64,000 nucleotides of DNA from Candidatus Thalassarchaeum betae (GTDB lineage: Archaea; Thermoplasmatota; Poseidoniia; Poseidoniales; Thalassarchaeaceae). A program made the translations under genes and the position numbers. Under the pieces are notes generated by a model, which ran no database searches, was not told the DNA's origin, and was given only the letters and a program-made list of their open reading frames with translations. Below are positions 59,001-64,000 of this stretch, piece after piece; within the stretch, counting starts at the first letter, position 1; each line of letters begins with the position of its first letter. The stretch spans positions 110,863 through 174,862 of the forward strand of contig PSPG01000004.1 in the NCBI GenBank assembly GCA_003193925.1, written 5' to 3'.

Positions 59001-60554
59001 ATGGCAGGCAGGGACAACCGTATCGAGGACCTTCGGCGGAGGAAGGCCCAAGCGGAGACTGGTGGGGGCCAAGCTCGGGTCTCTGCGCAGCATGCCAAGG
59101 GGAAGATGACAGCGAGAGAGAGGATAGATCGACTCCTCGACGATGGCTCGTTCATGGAGGTCGACGCTCTGGTCGAGCACAGATGCCGGGATTTCGACAT
59201 GGACAGAAATGTGATTCCGGGGGACGGCGTGGTCTGCGGTCACGGCACGATTGACGGGAGGACGGTGTACTGCTTCGCCCAGGACTTCACGGTCTACGGC
59301 GGCTCTCTGGGCGAGATGCACGGACTCAAGATCTGCAAGATACTCGACATGGCGCTGAAGACCGGTGCCCCTGTCATTGGCCTGAATGACAGCGGCGGGG
59401 CCCGCATACAGGAGGGCGTGGCAAGTCTGGGCTCGTATGCTGAGATCTTCTTCAGGAACGTGCGAGCCAGCGGCGTCATCCCACAGATCTCCATGATCAT
59501 GGGGCCTTGTGCCGGCGGAGCGGTCTACTCTCCTGCTATAACCGACTTCGTGGTGATGGTCGACCAGACTGCTCACATGTTCATCACCGGACCAGAGGTC
59601 ATCAAGACGGTGACCAATGAGGAGGTGACCTTCGAGGATCTCGGAGGCGCCTCGACGCACGCTACTCGTTCGGGTGTAACTCACTTCACCGCGAGCGATG
59701 ACGCCGAGGCTATCGGAATAGTGAGGGAACTAGTCGGGCTGTTACCTTCCAACAATCTGGAGAAGGCTCCGGTCAGACCGACCCTCGACCCTCATGACAG
59801 GCTCTGCGATGAGTTGGACACACTGGTCCCCGAGAACCCCAGCCACCCGTACGACATCATCACCGTAATCGAGGAGGTGCTCGACGATGGTGCCTTCCTC
59901 GAAGTCCAAGCCGACTTCGCGAAGAACATAGTAGTCGGCTTCGGTCGGCTCGGGGGGCACACTGTCGGAGTCGTGGCCAACCAGCCGAAGGTGCTTGCCG
60001 GCTGCCTCGACATCGATGCCTCGGTCAAGGCCGCTCGATTCGTGCGCTTCTGCGACGCCTTCAACGTGCCACTCCTGACCTTCGTCGACGTACCGGGATT
60101 CCTCCCCGGCGCCAGCCAGGAGTGGGGCGGCATCATCAGGCACGGCGCCAAACTGCTCTACGCCTACGCCGAGGCCACCGTCCCCAAGCTCACCGTAATC
60201 ACCCGCAAGGCCTACGGCGGGGCCTACGACGTCATGTCTTCCAAACACATCAGAGGCGACTACAACGTCGCCTGGCCAACGGCCCAACTTGCAGTCATGG
60301 GTGCTGACGGGGCTGTGCAGATCATCCACCGCAGGAGAATCCAGACCGCTGGCAATCCCGAGCAGGAGCGGGAGAGGCTGGTTGACGACTACGAAGAGAC
60401 CTTCGCCAACCCGTACAGGGCCGCGGCCCTGGGATACCTCGATGACGTGATTCAGCCGCACGAGAGCCGTGCCGTCCTGTGCCGTGCTCTAGGCGCTCTG
60501 CTGGACAAAGAGGAAATCCGCCCTGCCCGCAAGCACGGCAACATTCCGCTGTGA
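59001..60554 (+). CDS. pccB: Acyl-CoA (propionyl-CoA) carboxylase carboxyltransferase subunit
   Basis: [51 protein letters not shown]. Confidence 0.93.
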   Translation: MAGRDNRIEDLRRRKAQAETGGGQARVSAQHAKGKMTARERIDRLLDDGSFMEVDALVEHRCRDFDMDRNVIPGDGVVCGHGTIDGRTVYCFAQDFTVYGGSLGEMHGLKICKILDMALKTGAPVIGLNDSGGARIQEGVASLGSYAEIFFRNVRASGVIPQISMIMGPCAGGAVYSPAITDFVVMVDQTAHMFITGPEVIKTVTNEEVTFEDLGGASTHATRSGVTHFTASDDAEAIGIVRELVGLLPSNNLEKAPVRPTLDPHDRLCDELDTLVPENPSHPYDIITVIEEVLDDGAFLEVQADFAKNIVVGFGRLGGHTVGVVANQPKVLAGCLDIDASVKAARFVRFCDAFNVPLLTFVDVPGFLPGASQEWGGIIRHGAKLLYAYAEATVPKLTVITRKAYGGAYDVMSSKHIRGDYNVAWPTAQLAVMGADGAVQIIHRRRIQTAGNPEQERERLVDDYEETFANPYRAAALGYLDDVIQPHESRAVLCRALGALLDKEEIRPARKHGNIPL

Positions 60555-60562
60555 GGTCGAGA

Positions 60563-60763
60563 ATGGGAAAGAAGGCTGACAGGGATGCGAAGCTGCTGGT
60601 TGCGGCTGTTACTGCGGTACTGCTTGAGAGTTCCAAGGGTGAGGCCCTCAGGCCTTCAGCACCCCGGGATGGAGGTGATGCCTGGTCGCGAGACCATCGG
60701 CGTGTGTTGATAGGCAGGCGCAATCTCTTCCGCGCGCGCACGCGTAGGAGCACGCCGAGGTGA
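60563..60763 (+). CDS. Small acyl-CoA carboxylase accessory (epsilon/PccX-like) subunit
   Basis: LLVAAVTAVL...AWSRDHRR; lies between the CT and BCCP genes. Confidence 0.6.
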   Translation: MGKKADRDAKLLVAAVTAVLLESSKGEALRPSAPRDGGDAWSRDHRRVLIGRRNLFRARTRRSTPR

Positions 60764-60767
60764 GCCA

Positions 60768-61166
60768 GTGGGTGAAAAGCGCAGAGTCACTGTCGATGGC
60801 GAGGAGTTCGAGGTCGACCTCGAGAGGGACGGAGACGTCTGGAACGTCGAGATCGAGGGGCGGAGATTCTCCATACAGGTCGAAGGGGGCCCGTCTTTCG
60901 GGGCTTCCAGACGCTCCGCTGGCGGCGGGCGCGGAAAGAAGCGCTCCGGGACCATATCCTCAACGATACCCGGCAAGGTCATCTCGCTCCACGTCACGGT
61001 GGGAGACGAGGTCAAAGAGGGCGATGTCATGATAATCCTCGAGGCCATGAAGATGCAGAACGAGATCCAAGCGCCGCTTTCGGGAACGGTGACGGAGGTC
61101 AACTGCGAATCGGGAGAGAGCGTCGAAGCCAATGTCCCGCTGGTGGTTATTGAGCCACCCGAGTAG
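60768..61166 (+). CDS. Biotin carboxyl carrier protein
   Basis: IPGKV, LEAMKMQNEIQAP.SG. Confidence 0.93.
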   Translation: MGEKRRVTVDGEEFEVDLERDGDVWNVEIEGRRFSIQVEGGPSFGASRRSAGGGRGKKRSGTISSTIPGKVISLHVTVGDEVKEGDVMIILEAMKMQNEIQAPLSGTVTEVNCESGESVEANVPLVVIEPPE

Positions 61167-61216
61167 AACCAAGGCTGATTCAGAGAGTTCAATAGTATTG
61201 ATTCGGAGGAATCTGC

Positions 61217-61447
61217 ATGCCGACGTGTGGCTATCCGGAATGCAAAGAGGACGGTGTGCAGATCAGCCGCCTATCACCCGAAGGATTCCTAGTCGCCACA
61301 GGCAGCAAGGCCTACTCGTTCAGAGAGGCCTACCACAGGTTCCACTACTGCGAGGGGCATCACGACGAACTGATGACCTCGGTGTGGAACAGGGTCAGAA
61401 AGTCCGAGGACAAGGACGACGATCACGTCGCTCCCACCGCCATCTGA
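61217..61447 (+). CDS. Small Cys/His-rich hypothetical protein
   Basis: CGYPEC...YCEGHH; TTCAA box 24 nt upstream. Confidence 0.55.
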   Translation: MPTCGYPECKEDGVQISRLSPEGFLVATGSKAYSFREAYHRFHYCEGHHDELMTSVWNRVRKSEDKDDDHVAPTAI

Positions 61448-61486
61448 CTGCGGTATGTTCATCAAATCAAGCTGCGCAGTCAGTGC

Positions 61487-62713
61487 ATGGCTTCGTACGT
61501 CAGCCATCTCGAATGCGCGTACACCGGGCAGCGCTACGAGGCCGATGGATTGCACACCGTGTCCGATGCTGGCAAGCCCCTCCTGGTGAGGTACGACCTC
61601 GGCAGGCTGGGAGACGAAGTGCAGAGAGAGGACATCGAGTCCTCGGACGAGCCGGGATTCTGGAGGTACTCGCCCCTACTGCCCGTAGACGACCCCGCAG
61701 ACCGAATCTCATTGGGAGAGGTCATCACGCCCCTCGTCAGCCTCGAGCGCTCGGCCCACACGCTGGGAGCCCGACCGGGCAAGGTGCTGGTGAAGGACGA
61801 GTCGCGGCTACCGACTGGCTCGTTCAAGGCGCGGGGGCTGGCTCTGGCCGTTTCCATGGCCAAGCAGCTCGGCATCAGCCATCTAGCCGTTCCGACCAAT
61901 GGGAATGCAGGCTCCGCTCTCGCCGCCTACGCCAGCAGGGCGGGCATCAGGACCACCATCCTGTGCCCGTACAACACACCTGAGATCAACTCGCAGGAGA
62001 CCAAGGCCCAAGGCGGTGACACCCACCTCGTTAACGGCCTCATCGGGGAGTGCGGTCGAATCATCTCCGAGGGCTCGGACGAGGTTGGGTGGTTCTCCGT
62101 CTCAACCCTCAAGGAGCCTTACAGGATAGAGGGCAAGAAGACGATGGGAATCGAACTCGCCGAGCAGATGGGCTGGCAACTACCTGATGTCATATTCTAC
62201 CCGACTGGCGGTGGAACCGGCATCATCGGGATGTGGAAGGCCTTCGCGGAACTGACTGAGTTGGGCTGGATAGACTGCAAACTTCCCCGAATGGTCGCAG
62301 TGCAGTCTACCGGCTGCGCACCGATTGTCAGGGCCTGGGAGGAGGGCGAGGAGTTCGCCGAGTTCTGGGAGGACGCCGAGACCGACGCATCGGGAATCAG
62401 AGTCCCTGCCGCCCTAGGCGACTTCCTCATACTGAGGGCCGTCCGAGAGTCCGGTGGATTCGCGATCGCTGTCAGCGACGAGGAGATACATCGCATGGTG
62501 GAGGCAATTGGGCATGAGGACGGGTTGCTGATGTGCCCCGAGGGCGCTGCCACGGCTGCTGCCTGCAAGGTCGCTCTCGAGAAGGGCATGATCGGCGAGG
62601 ACGACACGGTCGTCCTGTTCAACACCGCGACCGGGCTGAAGTACCCAATGCCAGCAGTCACTTCCCTCATCGACAAGGACGCCGATATCGACTACGGCCT
62701 CTTCGGCTACTAG
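61487..62713 (+). CDS. thrC: Threonine synthase-family PLP enzyme
   Basis: SLGE..TPL, KDE..LPTGSFKARG, GNAG, EGKKTMG.E, PTGGG, TGLKY. Confidence 0.8.
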   Translation: MASYVSHLECAYTGQRYEADGLHTVSDAGKPLLVRYDLGRLGDEVQREDIESSDEPGFWRYSPLLPVDDPADRISLGEVITPLVSLERSAHTLGARPGKVLVKDESRLPTGSFKARGLALAVSMAKQLGISHLAVPTNGNAGSALAAYASRAGIRTTILCPYNTPEINSQETKAQGGDTHLVNGLIGECGRIISEGSDEVGWFSVSTLKEPYRIEGKKTMGIELAEQMGWQLPDVIFYPTGGGTGIIGMWKAFAELTELGWIDCKLPRMVAVQSTGCAPIVRAWEEGEEFAEFWEDAETDASGIRVPAALGDFLILRAVRESGGFAIAVSDEEIHRMVEAIGHEDGLLMCPEGAATAAACKVALEKGMIGEDDTVVLFNTATGLKYPMPAVTSLIDKDADIDYGLFGY

Positions 62714-63372
62714 ATCAGGCCGAGGGCGTCCTCGATTCGGTTCAGCTCCGGGCCTGTGGAGCCCGAGCCTACGAGCGCATGCGTGTCGCTGGCTGCGCAG
62801 CCTGCGCCGACGTGAGGCGAGCCGAAGGTCACGGTCCCGACCATCACCGGGACCTTCATCGCAGCCTCGATGGCCTCGGCCTCTGCCTTCGAGATGTCAG
62901 GGTGTGCGAGGACTCCTTTGCCGTTGGCGACCAGCATGCTGCCCACGGTGTCATGGCCTGCTACTTTGCAGCGAATCGCATCGACGCCCAGGACCTCGCC
63001 GATCATATCCACGCCCGCCTGAGGCACGACTGGGCTGACCACCGCCCCGTGCCGGTTGCACTCGATTAGGTTGCCAGCGGCGTTGACGCCGCTCTCCATC
63101 ACGACGACGTCGCAGAAGCTGGTCAGTTCGTCCAGGTCCTCCTCGGTGGCGATGTCCGCGACGGCGATGCCCCTGCTGTTTCCCCTCAGGAGGCTGCCGA
63201 GCAGAGACGAGCCGCCCACGAAGAACGGATGCATCTCCATGTCAAAGGCTGACTCCAGCTCCTCTACAGCCGCCTCATCGAGCGAACGTGGGTGGAACAG
63301 GATGTCGTCGATCACGGACAGGTAGACTCCGACATGGGTGTGGCCGAGTATGTCTCCAGTAGTAATCGACAT
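62710..63372 (-). CDS. eif6: Translation initiation factor 6 (aIF6)
   Basis: HVGVY, SSLLGS, AAGNLI, TVGS, GTVTFGS, TGPELNRIEDALG; start at ATG 63372. Confidence 0.92.
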   Translation of the reverse strand: MSITTGDILGHTHVGVYLSVIDDILFHPRSLDEAAVEELESAFDMEMHPFFVGGSSLLGSLLRGNSRGIAVADIATEEDLDELTSFCDVVVMESGVNAAGNLIECNRHGAVVSPVVPQAGVDMIGEVLGVDAIRCKVAGHDTVGSMLVANGKGVLAHPDISKAEAEAIEAAMKVPVMVGTVTFGSPHVGAGCAASDTHALVGSGSTGPELNRIEDALGLI

Positions 63373-63443
63373 GGTTCCACCTGGATATCTTGGACTATGG
63401 CTCTGCCTGTAATCTCGTTTTTGGTGCGGGGGGTGAAGGAGAG

Positions 63444-63562
63444 TGGCACAGCGACGAACGTTCCCGTGGGCTCTCGCGCCACAGTACAGGAGTCGACGCA
63501 GGAGGGCTTGACTTCCGGGTTCGGTATGGGACCGGGTAGAACCCCTCCGCTGTGGCCGTGCA
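63444..63562 (-). rRNA. rrf: 5S rRNA
   Basis: Reverse complement GCACGGCCACAGCGG...CCCATACCGAACCCGGAAGTCAAGCC...CTGTGC. Confidence 0.95.
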
Positions 63563-63640
63563 CAACTCATCCTTCGAATGTGAATTGATATGCGCTATTG
63601 GACAGAGGCCCACAAGGGCCTTGGTGTTGTAGATCTAATT

Positions 63641-64000
<360 letters not shown>

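Noticed and set aside
58890-60461. Long antisense ORFs opposite pccB (and likewise opposite rpo and pnt genes)
   Set aside because: Shadow frames caused by GC3-biased codon usage

Overview
A 64-kb, GC-rich, gene-dense archaeal chromosomal segment. Gene content points to a Marine Group II euryarchaeote (Ca. Poseidoniales, Thermoplasmatota); this is inference from the fused RpoB, aCPSF1-proteasome beta pair, eS1, aIF6, Pop5, bacterial-type PntAB/ThyA/FolA/PlsC and a secreted M6 protease. It holds about 60 mostly housekeeping CDSs, tRNA-Pro(UGG), tRNA-Lys(UUU), 5S rRNA and the 3' end of 23S rRNA. I saw no CRISPR array, integrase or transposase. Highlights: (1) A remodelled transcription apparatus. 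RpoH and RpoA'' carry the same extra ~52-aa N-terminal domain (25/52 identical), RpoA' has a ~130-aa four-Cys insertion in the TFB-binding dock, and a non-canonical TT(C/G)A(A/T) box lies 24 nt upstream of many start codons. (2) A b6-type Rieske/cytochrome b operon whose subunit IV is fused to HdrC/HdrD-like Fe-S/CCG domains. It lacks cytochrome c1 and is led by a CxCH Reeler-like protein, whose paralogue lies next to a TatC with an HdrA-N-like Cys domain. (3) A ~276-nt nested inverted-repeat element in a small lower-GC island. (4) Fusions eS1-SAP and HemK2-biotin ligase, four coiled-coil paralogues, a degenerate tail-less FtsZ, a CTG-initiated pntA2 and an unannotated 39-aa membrane peptide. 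All calls were made by eye; no searches or folding programs were run.
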